Virus record (IMG/VR): IMGVR_UViG_3300045988_129036
Coordinates: 1 to 36,189 of that record
DNA: 36,189 nt
Source: a virus
Strand: one strand, 5' to 3'
This document shows, piece by piece, positions 1-7,983 of this stretch (positions within the stretch are counted from its first letter, which is position 1; the number at the start of each line of letters is the position of its first letter). The translations under genes and the position numbers were made by a program. Under the pieces are notes generated by a model. The model made no database searches and was not told the DNA's origin. It saw only the letters and a list, made by a program, of their open reading frames with translations.

Positions 1-56
1 TGCAGGGGGGGGTAGGTACATTTTGCAGGGGGGGGTAGGTACATTTTGCAGGGGGA
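1..56. repeat. Left-terminal tandem repeat, unit TAGGTACATTTTGCAGGGGGGGG (23 bp), about 2.4 copies. Identical to the right terminus.
   Basis: Direct reading: tgcaG8 taggtacatttt gcaG8 taggtacatttt gcaG5. The same string closes the window. Confidence 0.9.
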
Positions 57-110
57 AATAGAAGTTAAATAAATAGAAGAATCTAAATCGAAGAATCTAA
101 ATCGAAGACG
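56..110. repeat. AT-rich island carrying tandem 14-bp repeat AAGAATCTAAATCG x2 (77-104) and AAATAGAAG x2.
   Basis: Direct reading. Composition contrasts sharply with the >60% GC surroundings. Sits between the G8 repeat array and the initiator-like gene. Confidence 0.8.
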
Positions 111-213
111 CGCGCGGGGCGCGGCGTGTGAGATTGCGGGCTACCCCCCCCCGGTGCTATCCTGAAAACACCAAACCCACCCCTTGCTAAAAATCACGAA
201 AGGACAACCACCC

Positions 214-1146
214 ATGAGCATTACCGCGATCATGGCAGCAGGCTACGTTACCCACACCCCTACCGGCGAGCAGATGAAGCCGTCCAGCCTCTCAACGTTG
301 AAGGCTCTCGCTTTCTGCACCGGCGAACATTCCAATTCGTGCTACCCGTCCGTGCGCACCTTGCAGGAGATGACAGGGCACAGTGTCCGAACGATTCGCG
401 CGGCCTTGAACGACTTGGAAGAGATGGGTTTTATCACCCGCGCCGCCCGTGCTGGTACTTCCACCGTCTACGCTCTCCAGATTGATGTGATGCGAGCGCA
501 CCACCGCCGCCGCCGCTGGACTGAAACCCGTGACACTGGAAACCCGTACGCAGGCGACCATAACGCCGTAACCGTAGTAGATGAAATCCCCGTTGAGGAA
601 CAGTCGGTAAATGTCAAGCGCATCAACTTTGCAGAAGCCCCTGTAGAGACGGTAGAGGAAACCCCCGCGCCCATACCCGCTGTACCCGCACCGGTACAAG
701 CAGAACTAATCCCCGCCCCGGTCAAGAAGAAGACCAAGAAGGGCGACACTACCCCCGCGCTTGATGAAGCGTTCAACGAGTTCTACAAGCACGCGTACCC
801 GCGCAAGATGGAGCCGTTGAAGGCGCGCCGCGCGTTTGAGAAGGCTGTGAAGAACGGCGCAGACCCGCGCGACATTATCGAAGGCGCGCGCCGTTTCGCC
901 GCCGCTACCGCAACCAAGGGTAAAACCTATATCCCCTACCCGGCTTCGTGGCTAAACGCGGGCGGCTGGATGAACGAGGCGGGCGATATTGCCCCGGTAG
1001 AACCTACCCCCTGGCAGAAGAAGACAGCGCGTCTTGTGCAGTCTATGCAAGCCGCCGCCGTGGTGAATAACGCGCCCGCGCTAACCGGCGTAGCACCCGC
1101 TACCGCTCCCGCCGCTCCCCTGGCTATCGAGCCCGGTTACGTCTAA
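214..1146 (+). CDS. HTH (winged-helix) replication initiator / replisome-organizer-like protein.
   Basis: ATG 214 follows the SD cgaaaggac. N-terminal HTH motif SVRTLQEMTGHSVRTIRAALNDLEEMGFI. C-terminal motif FNEFYKHAYPRK...YPASWLNAGGWMNE, typical of phage Rep/DnaD-like C-terminal domains. The ORF track gives 184 (TTG) as an alternative start. Confidence 0.55.
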   Translation: MSITAIMAAGYVTHTPTGEQMKPSSLSTLKALAFCTGEHSNSCYPSVRTLQEMTGHSVRTIRAALNDLEEMGFITRAARAGTSTVYALQIDVMRAHHRRRRWTETRDTGNPYAGDHNAVTVVDEIPVEEQSVNVKRINFAEAPVETVEETPAPIPAVPAPVQAELIPAPVKKKTKKGDTTPALDEAFNEFYKHAYPRKMEPLKARRAFEKAVKNGADPRDIIEGARRFAAATATKGKTYIPYPASWLNAGGWMNEAGDIAPVEPTPWQKKTARLVQSMQAAAVVNNAPALTGVAPATAPAAPLAIEPGYV

Positions 1147-1157
1147 GGAGCGGCGAC

Positions 1158-1622
1158 ATGAACAAGCAAGAATGTGCAACGTTCTACGCACAGGCGGCAA
1201 AGGTTGATAGCCGCCTCCCTGATCGTGAATTTGACGAGTTCGACGCGTGGGAAATGCTTCTAGCCGATATTCCCCCCAAGTTCGCGCCTATGATTTTCCG
1301 CGAGATTTACCGGCGTGTTCAGGTTCAGCAGCTACAGCCGGGGCATATTGTTGAGGCATGGGAAACCGTGCGTAAGGCGGTGAACGCCGCTATTGCCCGG
1401 TGCCTGTCTTTCGAGAAGCGCACGCGCGAGCTGGACGTGTCAGACCATGAAGATGCCACGAAATTTAACGAGATTGTGGAAGCGCATAACGCGGCTGTGG
1501 ATTCGCTACCGGGTGAGGTAGCGGCGGCCAATGGGTTTAGCCGCAAGGAGCCGGTGCCTGTACCGGGTGAGCGTGTACCCGCGCCCGCCCCGGCGTGGTT
1601 TAAGTCACTGCAAAAAAGTTAG
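1158..1622 (+). CDS. Hypothetical protein, likely co-transcribed with the initiator.
   Basis: ORF of 154 aa lying 12 nt after the upstream stop, in the same orientation. Confidence 0.55.
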   Translation: MNKQECATFYAQAAKVDSRLPDREFDEFDAWEMLLADIPPKFAPMIFREIYRRVQVQQLQPGHIVEAWETVRKAVNAAIARCLSFEKRTRELDVSDHEDATKFNEIVEAHNAAVDSLPGEVAAANGFSRKEPVPVPGERVPAPAPAWFKSLQKS

Positions 1623-1687
1623 GTTCTGGCTTGCGCCGGGCTTCTAAGTAGGTTTATACTATAAATGTAAGGCAATGAAGACCTTAC
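1623..1687 (+). promoter_or_regulatory. Early promoter cassette copy 1: -35 TTGCGC (about 1631-1636), -10 TATACT (1655-1660), leader hairpin GTAAGG/CCTTAC (1667-1687).
   Basis: Near-identical to the sequences at 3711, 6050, 7903 and 35866 (inverted). Sigma70-like spacing of 18 nt. Confidence 0.7.
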
Positions 1688-1715
1688 GAAAGACCCAAAC
1701 CGAAAGGAAACCGAA

Positions 1716-2126
1716 ATGTTCGGCATCACCCGCAACCCCGCAAACGAGAAGTACCTCACCGCAGACCTGGGCGGCGACACCACCGCCGTAAAGCTTCTGG
1801 TACAGCCCGATTACATCGCCGGCACTCATTACGTCATGATTGACCACAAGAGTGCTATGAAGCTTGCAAACCCCAAGAAGCCCGGTAAGTGGATTCAGGA
1901 ACTCCGACAGGGACTACGACAGCACAACGGCGCGGCTCAGCTCTGGAGCACCACACCCGAACCCGGTAAGGGTGCGCTAGTCACCGCATGGAAGACCGAG
2001 GATTCAATTAACTATCTCGACCTTGCTAACGTCATTCGCGCTATCGAAGACCGAGCACCGGATAGCCACAAGGCTAACGCCGCTATCCTCCGTGACCTTG
2101 AACGTGAAGTTTTAAAGAACTTCTAA
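1716..2126 (+). CDS. Hypothetical early protein, first gene of cassette 1.
   Basis: ATG preceded by cgaaaggaaaccgaa. 136 aa. Confidence 0.7.
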   Translation: MFGITRNPANEKYLTADLGGDTTAVKLLVQPDYIAGTHYVMIDHKSAMKLANPKKPGKWIQELRQGLRQHNGAAQLWSTTPEPGKGALVTAWKTEDSINYLDLANVIRAIEDRAPDSHKANAAILRDLEREVLKNF

Positions 2127-2150
2127 CCCGCCGGTAACCGGCAAACCAAA

Positions 2151-2174
2151 GCCCCGCCCGGTGATGGGCGGGGC
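2151..2174 (+). terminator. GC-rich hairpin CCCCGCCC-ggtgat-GGGCGGGG with no U tract.
   Basis: 8-bp GC stem 25 nt after the stop of 1716..2126. Same class as the hairpins at 6340 and 8206. Confidence 0.4.
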
Positions 2175-2195
2175 AACCACCACCGAAAGAAGGAC

Positions 2196-2408
2196 ATGAT
2201 GAAGAACCTCATCACCCGCTACCCGCGAACCATCGGGTACGCCGTAATAGCAGCACTACAGCTAACCGCATTTTTCGCGGCCATGCTGAATAACCGGCTA
2301 GACCCGGCGCACATCTCAAACGTGCTTCTCTCTGTAATCGTCGTTTGCTGTGGCTTTGAAATTGACATGCTCAAGCTTGAGAAGAAGGATACCCGCCGTG
2401 AAGATTAA
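2196..2408 (+). CDS. Small membrane protein (2 predicted TM).
   Basis: Hydrophobic stretches AVIAALQLTAFFAAML and VLLSVIVVCCGF. SD gaaagaagga. Confidence 0.5.
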   Translation: MMKNLITRYPRTIGYAVIAALQLTAFFAAMLNNRLDPAHISNVLLSVIVVCCGFEIDMLKLEKKDTRRED

Positions 2409-3312
2409 CACTCTCATGCGCCGCGCGACCCCCGCGCCCGCCCCCGGCTCCGACGAATGGAAGCGCAAGATTACCGCCTCCAAGGTGGCATCTGTGGTCT
2501 GTAAAAGCCCGTGGACTTCCAGGTTTGCGCTACATGCTGAGATGACCGGCCGCTACGAGGCAGACCCGATTAACCCGGCGGTATTGGAAGCCGGTAATAT
2601 TCTGGAACCGGCGGTAGCGGATTGGTTTCAGCTGCACAACCCCGACGTAGAAGTGCGTGAGTGCAAGAAGCGCAACACTCCCGTATGGTGGGTCGCGCGC
2701 GATAGTGAAGACTTTGCCGCCACTCCCGATCGTATCCTAGTCGATAAAGCGACGGGTGAGGTCACCGCGCTACTGGAAATCAAGACCGCGCGCGTCGCCT
2801 CCGAATGGGGCGAAGAAGGTACCGACGAAATCCCTGAGCACTACCGACTACAGGCGCTTTGGCAGATGAAATGTACCGGCGTAAAGACCGTGATTTTTGC
2901 TGTGCTACATGCCGGGCTGAGGTTCGCTACCTACCGCGTGGACTGGAACCGCTACACGGTGGCAAAGCTTACGGCGGCGGCAACCGATTTTATGGACGCG
3001 GTGCGCACCGGACGCACACCCGATTACAAGGAAGAGCCGGGCGCGTTCTCCACCTACGAAGTGCTCCGCTATTATTTCCCTGAGTGCAACGGTGAAGCCG
3101 TTATGTTGAGTGATGATCTGGTCTACCGTACCCGCCGCGCTAAGCGCCTAAAGCGATTGGCCGCGCGTGCTGAGGATATCGTCAAGAATGAGCTAACCGC
3201 TGTAATGGGGAACGCGAGCGCTGGCGTTGATTACGCGAACCGCACCGTAGCGCGCCGTTCACAGCGAAAGACCCCCAAGGGTTTTAGCCGCTCGTGGGTG
3301 ACTATGGTCTAG
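2398..3312 (+). CDS. YqaJ-like viral recombination exonuclease (PD-(D/E)XK).
   Basis: GTG 2398 follows the SD aaggat. Motifs ITASKVASVV, LEIKTAR, EHYRLQALWQM match the YqaJ/lambda-exo family. Overlaps the upstream gene by 11 nt. Confidence 0.65.
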   Translation: MKINTLMRRATPAPAPGSDEWKRKITASKVASVVCKSPWTSRFALHAEMTGRYEADPINPAVLEAGNILEPAVADWFQLHNPDVEVRECKKRNTPVWWVARDSEDFAATPDRILVDKATGEVTALLEIKTARVASEWGEEGTDEIPEHYRLQALWQMKCTGVKTVIFAVLHAGLRFATYRVDWNRYTVAKLTAAATDFMDAVRTGRTPDYKEEPGAFSTYEVLRYYFPECNGEAVMLSDDLVYRTRRAKRLKRLAARAEDIVKNELTAVMGNASAGVDYANRTVARRSQRKTPKGFSRSWVTMV

Positions 3313-3318
3313 GGGTGT

Positions 3319-3678
3319 GTGATGATTGACTGGATCAATGAAATTTCATACACCGGGTTTTTCGCCTGGTTGGTAGCAGCTGTACACCCGCTAATTATGG
3401 TTACCGCCGTGTGTGCTCTTACCGGCGCGGTAGCGCATCTTTTGGCGCAGCGAATTGTGAAGGCACCGGCTGAGGATAGGGCGGGGCGACATCTAGCCTT
3501 GTGCTTAGGTTTCCCGTTCTGGCTTATCGCATGGAGCTACACCACGTATGCGTGTTTCAAGGCTCACGGCGTGAATGATGGTGAGCCGATAGTATCGGTT
3601 ATGGCTGTATGCGTTCCCCTGTATTTCTGGTTGTTTATCTATTGGTCTAACCGGGTGTTCGCTAAGCTGGAAGATTGA
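3319..3678 (+). CDS. Integral membrane protein (3-4 TM).
   Basis: Strongly hydrophobic segments FFAWLVAAVHPLIMVTAVCALTGAV, FPFWLIAWSYTTYACF, AVCVPLYFWLFIYW. Confidence 0.6.
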   Translation: MMIDWINEISYTGFFAWLVAAVHPLIMVTAVCALTGAVAHLLAQRIVKAPAEDRAGRHLALCLGFPFWLIAWSYTTYACFKAHGVNDGEPIVSVMAVCVPLYFWLFIYWSNRVFAKLED

Positions 3679-3710
3679 TAAGTGACCCGTTTCACTAGAT
3701 TTTCTTTAGC

Positions 3711-3789
3711 CCTGGCTTGTTTTTCTCTCACAGATAGGTTTATACTATAAATGTAAGGAAGAACAAAGACACCAAGTCGGAAACCTTAC
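3711..3789 (+). promoter_or_regulatory. Early promoter cassette copy 2: CTGGCTTG -35, -10 TATACT (3740-3745), leader hairpin GTAAGG(3752)-25 nt loop-CCTTAC(3789).
   Basis: Same core AGGTTTATACTATAAATGTAAGG as the other copies. Confidence 0.7.
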
Positions 3790-3816
3790 AGACCCAAACC
3801 GAAAGGACACAGAATC

Positions 3817-4188
3817 ATGGAACTCACCGCTAAGGACTTCACCGCACAGCTGGCCGCAAAGGGCTACACCCCCGGCATTGACTTCGACGTCGATAACGGC
3901 GACGAACCGAACACCGTGAAGCTCACCGGCGCGATCACTTTCAACGGCGCAGATGGTTTTGTGGACTTCCGCAACGCAGAGGAATACTACAACATCACTT
4001 GTGAAGAGTATGAAGACCTCGCAATGTTCACTAAGACCTACGCACTGGCTGAACAGCAGATCGAGGAAATCGAGACCGGCGGCGAACCCGGCAACGAAGA
4101 ACAAGAAGAAAAGTTCTTCGACGCGTGGCGCGCAGCACTCGACGGTATCGGTATCGACCTGAACGACATCAAGGTTTCCAGCCGATAA
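3817..4188 (+). CDS. Highly acidic 123-aa protein. Candidate DNA-mimic / anti-restriction or other anti-defence protein.
   Basis: About 28 D/E against about 9 K/R. First and only gene of promoter cassette 2. SD ccgaaaggacac. Confidence 0.7.
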   Translation: MELTAKDFTAQLAAKGYTPGIDFDVDNGDEPNTVKLTGAITFNGADGFVDFRNAEEYYNITCEEYEDLAMFTKTYALAEQQIEEIETGGEPGNEEQEEKFFDAWRAALDGIGIDLNDIKVSSR

Positions 4189-4211
4189 GCACCGCACACA
4201 TTACCGATAGA

Positions 4212-4255
4212 CCCGCCGGGCGGCGGTACCTCCGAATACCCGCCGCCGCCCGGCT
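4212..4255 (+). terminator. GC hairpin GCCGGGCGGCGG ... CCGCCGCCCGGC with no U tract.
   Basis: 12-bp stem 25 nt after the stop of the acidic gene. Confidence 0.4.
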
Positions 4256-4283
4256 CACACCACCACCGAAAGGAACCTACACC

Positions 4284-5102
4284 GTGAGCACTGAAATTCA
4301 GCAATTCACAGGCACCGCCTTAGCGGTTAAGAACGATTTTGTAGACCCAATCAAGAACGCGATTACCGGCGCGCTACCGCTATTCATGCGTGAAGACTCC
4401 GACGCATGGATTAGGGGCGCAATTCTGGAGGTTAGCAAGACTCCGCAGCTTGTCCAGTACGCCAAAAACAATTTTCCAGCATTTGCGGGCACGCTAACCC
4501 GTGTCGCCGCGCTGGGTTTACCGCTCAACCGTGACATGGTGTACGTGCTCCCCTTTGCATCGAAACAGGGGATGCAGGCCAACGTTATCATGGGTTGGCG
4601 CGGTGAGCTTGAACTCATTTATCGCGCGGGCAACGTCGAGACCGTCCACCATGAAGAAATCTTTGAGAATGACCGGTACGAATGGAGGGACGGCGCCCCC
4701 CGCCTTATCGCTCCCGCACCCGAGGGACAGCGCGGCAAAATCAAGTATGCCGTAGCGTGGGCTGTGCTAAAGTCAGGAAAGACTAGCCAATACGCGGTTG
4801 TAGCGGCCGACCGAATCGCCGCCGCAAAGAAAGCATCACGCGGCTCTAGCTCACCGTCCAGCCCGTGGGTACAACACGAGGTAGCAATGTGGCGCAAAAC
4901 GGCAATTCATGAGCTGGCTAATTTCGTTGATTCGAGTGTGGAGGAATGCCGCCCGGAACGCCTGGAAGCCATGAAGACCCGCGCCGCCCTCGCTTTGGAC
5001 GTGGAGCGCGAAAAGACCGCGCGCCTGGCAGAGGAAAACCGCGCTATGGAACTCAAGATTAAGCTACTGGAACTGGAAGCAAACAAGAAGGAAGAGGCAT
5101 AA
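4284..5102 (+). CDS. recT: RecT-family single-strand annealing protein.
   Basis: GTG 4284 follows the SD cgaaaggaac. Motif VYVLPFASKQG...NVIMGWRGELELIYRAG resembles the RecT core. C-terminal coiled coil. Pairs with the YqaJ-like exonuclease. Confidence 0.65.
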   Translation: MSTEIQQFTGTALAVKNDFVDPIKNAITGALPLFMREDSDAWIRGAILEVSKTPQLVQYAKNNFPAFAGTLTRVAALGLPLNRDMVYVLPFASKQGMQANVIMGWRGELELIYRAGNVETVHHEEIFENDRYEWRDGAPRLIAPAPEGQRGKIKYAVAWAVLKSGKTSQYAVVAADRIAAAKKASRGSSSPSSPWVQHEVAMWRKTAIHELANFVDSSVEECRPERLEAMKTRAALALDVEREKTARLAEENRAMELKIKLLELEANKKEEA

Positions 5103-5104
5103 AG

Positions 5105-5416
5105 ATGACCCTAAACGCAACCCGTACACACTACATTAACGATTGCAATTACTCACATATTCGCTGGCGCGGCTTCGTAAAGCGCCTAGCCCTCCGTGCA
5201 GCATCTCTAGCAGATTCGCGCGGCGTGCTGAATGTTGGGCGTGACAAGTTTTTTAAGGACGTGCTAGGCGACGAGTACAACCCCCGCTATGTCTCGCATA
5301 TCATTACTGACTGTAACCGCATCGAACATGTCAGCTTTGCGACCATTGGCCATAGCGCGAGCGCGCGGCTAGTAATTGTGTTTGATGACGAGAAGATTAA
5401 GGCAAAGAAGGGTTAG
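5105..5416 (+). CDS. Hypothetical protein.
   Basis: ORF of 103 aa tightly packed between recT and ssb. Confidence 0.5.
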   Translation: MTLNATRTHYINDCNYSHIRWRGFVKRLALRAASLADSRGVLNVGRDKFFKDVLGDEYNPRYVSHIITDCNRIEHVSFATIGHSASARLVIVFDDEKIKAKKG

Positions 5417-5419
5417 GAC

Positions 5420-5968
5420 ATGTCTTCTACCGTAACCGTACTAGGAAACATTGGCGCAGGCGCAGAGCTCCGCGAAACCGCAAACGGCACCCCGTACCTG
5501 ACTTTCACCGTTGCAGATTCGCGCTCTAAATGGGACGCTAACGCGGGTAAGTTCGTAACGCTAAACACCACGTGGCGACGTGTAACCACCTTTAAGGGGC
5601 TGGATTACCTACCCGATCAGCTCATCAAGGGCGCGACCGTGTACGTATCCGGTAGCGAGGAATTGCGCACATGGGACAAGGAAGACGGGACGAAGGGTTA
5701 CAGTCTGGATGTTATCGCGCACGTGGTGAAGGTTGCATCAAAGCCTACCGATAGCGGGGCACCCGCTCAGGTTCAGACTAACCCGGTTGCCGCGTACCCG
5801 GCGGGCACCGCCGCCCCGGTTCAGCAGCAGGGATACGCACAGCAGGCCGCGCCGGTACAGGGTGGCTATGCGCAACAGCCCGCCGGTTCGCCGCCGGCCG
5901 GTTACCACGCCGCCGCTAATGCTTCGAGCGGATGGGGTGGGTACGATAGCGGCGCAACCCCGTTCTAG
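5420..5968 (+). CDS. ssb: Single-stranded DNA-binding protein (OB fold, Gly/Gln-rich tail, C-terminal D-x-x-x-P-F).
   Basis: N-terminus VTVLGNIGAGAELRETANGTPYLTFTVADSR...W.RVT.F. C-terminus ...GYDSGATPF. Confidence 0.8.
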   Translation: MSSTVTVLGNIGAGAELRETANGTPYLTFTVADSRSKWDANAGKFVTLNTTWRRVTTFKGLDYLPDQLIKGATVYVSGSEELRTWDKEDGTKGYSLDVIAHVVKVASKPTDSGAPAQVQTNPVAAYPAGTAAPVQQQGYAQQAAPVQGGYAQQPAGSPPAGYHAAANASSGWGGYDSGATPF

Positions 5969-6049
5969 ACCCTAGCCCGCTAACCCCCGGTGATTTTTTC
6001 GCCGAGGGTTTCGCCTTGTCTAGGGCGCGAAAAAAATTTAGAAAAATCT

Positions 6050-6117
6050 TTGATTCTGGCTTGCTTTCCACCCCACACAAGGTTTATACTATAAATGTAA
6101 GGCAATGAAGACCTTAT
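6050..6117 (+). promoter_or_regulatory. Early promoter cassette copy 3: A/T-rich UP-like region 6036-6055, -35 TTGCTT (6061-6066), -10 TATACT (6085-6090), leader hairpin 6097-6117.
   Basis: 55 bp identical to copy 4. Confidence 0.75.
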
Positions 6118-6144
6118 AAAAGACCCAAACCGAAAGGAACCCCA

Positions 6145-6324
6145 ATGCTGGAGTACTACGAAATTCAGGAATACGTTACCGAGGTTGCAGAAGGTAACTA
6201 CCCGTTCCGAGTAATCGACGCAGTAACCGCCGACATTTTCGAGCGAGGTATAGCCGTCGAGATGGAAGACCTCAAGGCATACCCGCGAACCCGTGAACTC
6301 CTCAAGATTCACAACGCGGCCTAA
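6145..6324 (+). CDS. 59-aa acidic protein, paralogue of 8010..8189. Absent from the ORF track because it is under 60 aa.
   Basis: ATG 6145 follows ccgaaaggaacccca. Starts MLEYYEIQEY, against MLAQYEILES in the paralogue. Confidence 0.6.
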   Translation: MLEYYEIQEYVTEVAEGNYPFRVIDAVTADIFERGIAVEMEDLKAYPRTRELLKIHNAA

Positions 6325-6339
6325 CAATCAACCAACTAA

Positions 6340-6363
6340 GCCCCGCCCCTCACCGGGCGGGGC
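6340..6363 (+). terminator. GC hairpin GCCCCGCCC-ctcacc-GGGCGGGGC with no U tract.
   Basis: Lies 16 nt after the stop of the 59-aa gene. Confidence 0.4.
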
Positions 6364-6377
6364 ACCCCTAGCAAATC

Positions 6378-6785
6378 ATGGCAAATCAGTTTTGCAAATC
6401 AGAAACATGCTCACAGTGCGGTAACCCCTGGGAAAAACCCGATCTAGTCAATTGCCGCCGGTGCAAACAGCGCGAACTCAAACGCGCCCGCACCCGCCGC
6501 AAAAAGGCAGAGAAAGCGGATGAGCTAGAGCGTAAGCGCAAAAATAAGGAATGGGCCGCAACGCATTGCTATATTTGCGGTGCGCTTATGGACAATCCAG
6601 ACCCTAAGTGCTACCGGTGCCGCGAACGCATGAAGCGCCGCGAAAAATGGCTAGAACGCCGCGCCGAACGCATGAAACCGAACGACCTTAACAACCTAGA
6701 AGGTGTTCGCAAGTTTTTGCAGGCGCGCCGCCGCCGCCTCAACCAGAACCCGAACTACCCCCCCCTAGAAGGAATCGACATATGA
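6378..6785 (+). CDS. Basic double zinc-ribbon protein (four CxxC pairs), putative nucleic-acid-binding regulator.
   Basis: CSQC...CRRC and CYIC...CYRC. Very K/R-rich. Confidence 0.55.
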   Translation: MANQFCKSETCSQCGNPWEKPDLVNCRRCKQRELKRARTRRKKAEKADELERKRKNKEWAATHCYICGALMDNPDPKCYRCRERMKRREKWLERRAERMKPNDLNNLEGVRKFLQARRRRLNQNPNYPPLEGIDI

Positions 6786-6997
6786 AAGACCCCATCACCG
6801 GGCGACCGCTAACCATCACCGCCGCCGCGCTCGCAACCGTACCGACCGGTTTTTTTCTCGCCGCGCTCATCACCGGCGGCGGCGTGAATATCGGCAGCTC
6901 TATTCTCACCCTCGCTACGTGGTGGCTAGGCGTCGCAATCGTCGCTATCTTTGAATCCAACCCGCGCCCCGCGCGAACCAACCGAGAGGAACACTAA
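6782..6997 (+). CDS. Small membrane protein.
   Basis: Hydrophobic 71-aa ORF. ATGA overlap with the upstream gene. Confidence 0.45.
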   Translation: MKDPITGRPLTITAAALATVPTGFFLAALITGGGVNIGSSILTLATWWLGVAIVAIFESNPRPARTNREEH

Positions 6998-6999
6998 CC

Positions 7000-7638
7000 A
7001 TGCAGATTATCGAACGGGAAAAATACAAGGCACCCGCCCGGCTCTGGCACATTATCACTACCGAGGCGGTAGACAAGCGGCGCACCACGGCTATTATTTT
7101 TGCTGACACCCCGGCGGAAATCTACATTTCGCTTGTCGCCGCTGCTGAAATCGCCGGTGTGAGTGAAACCGGCGTACGTGACTATCTCAAGAAGCGCGGC
7201 GCACGGCCTAAGCTTTTCACCGTCCCGGCTAACGTCAATCGCACCGGACAGGCGCGAAAAATGGCGTTTATCGACCCGCTTATCATGTTCCATATTCTGC
7301 TAGCGGTAGACCCGCGCGAACAGAGTGTTAGGGGCTGGTTCCATGACCTCGTGAACTTTAACGGCGACGAAATCCCCAAATTTTGGGGCATGACGAATGT
7401 TCGAGAGGCGGCGATTATCGAAGATAAGGCGCGCGAAATAGAACTACTGGAAATTCCAGACCTTACCCCGCCCGCCCGCGTCGAGTTTGACGCTACCGGC
7501 GGCATCGAGCAGCTGAACCGCATCATCTCAGACCTAAACGCCCCGTACCATGTACGAGTGAAGGCATTGCAGATTCAGCATGAGGTGAATCAGCTCGCTA
7601 ATACCGTAGACAAGCTGTACGTAGGAAAGGACGCATAA
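7000..7638 (+). CDS. Hypothetical protein with a central HTH-like segment.
   Basis: SD gagaggaac. IYISLVAAAEIAGVSETGVRDYLKKRG resembles an HTH. Confidence 0.5.
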   Translation: MQIIEREKYKAPARLWHIITTEAVDKRRTTAIIFADTPAEIYISLVAAAEIAGVSETGVRDYLKKRGARPKLFTVPANVNRTGQARKMAFIDPLIMFHILLAVDPREQSVRGWFHDLVNFNGDEIPKFWGMTNVREAAIIEDKAREIELLEIPDLTPPARVEFDATGGIEQLNRIISDLNAPYHVRVKALQIQHEVNQLANTVDKLYVGKDA

Positions 7639-7639
7639 A

Positions 7640-7879
7640 ATGCGTATGACTCGACAGGTCATCAAGCTCTCAAGCTACCGCTATACCATGACTTTTAACA
7701 TCGAGTTTGATTACGACGTACCGGGTGACCGGCGCGAAAAGCTAGGCGCGGCGTTGCGGTCTATTATCGGTCTGCACGACCTGAATTATAAGAGCAGTCA
7801 GGCGATTAAGAAGACGGGTAGCGGTGAATCCGCGCGTGAGGTCTGGAGCTATGAGGTGGTGGAGACTGAGGATATTTAG
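7640..7879 (+). CDS. Hypothetical protein.
   Basis: ORF of 79 aa, 1 nt after the upstream stop. Confidence 0.5.
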   Translation: MRMTRQVIKLSSYRYTMTFNIEFDYDVPGDRREKLGAALRSIIGLHDLNYKSSQAIKKTGSGESAREVWSYEVVETEDI

Positions 7880-7902
7880 CCGAAAAATTTTCTAAAATTT
7901 CT

Positions 7903-7983
7903 TGGTTTCTGGCTTGCTTTCCACCCCACACAAGGTTTATACTATAAATGTAAGGAAAACAAAGGAACCACCGGAAACCTTAC
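7903..7983 (+). promoter_or_regulatory. Early promoter cassette copy 4: -35 TTGCTT (7914-7919), -10 TATACT (7938-7943), leader hairpin 7950-7983.
   Basis: Identical core to copy 3, with an A/T-rich upstream region. Confidence 0.75.

Noticed and set aside
1-56. The G-rich direct repeats as a CRISPR array.
   Set aside because: The units abut with no spacers. They consist of a 23-bp unit at both termini of a phage genome, with no cas genes.
5975-6040. T-run / GC / A-run segment after ssb as a bidirectional intrinsic terminator.
   Set aside because: On both strands the T run precedes rather than follows the weak GC stem. It is more plausibly the A/T-rich UP region of promoter copy 3.
5980-6327. 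- strand 115-aa ORF spanning promoter cassette 3 and its small gene.
   Set aside because: Antisense to a complete promoter-gene cassette. No RBS. The + strand features explain the region.
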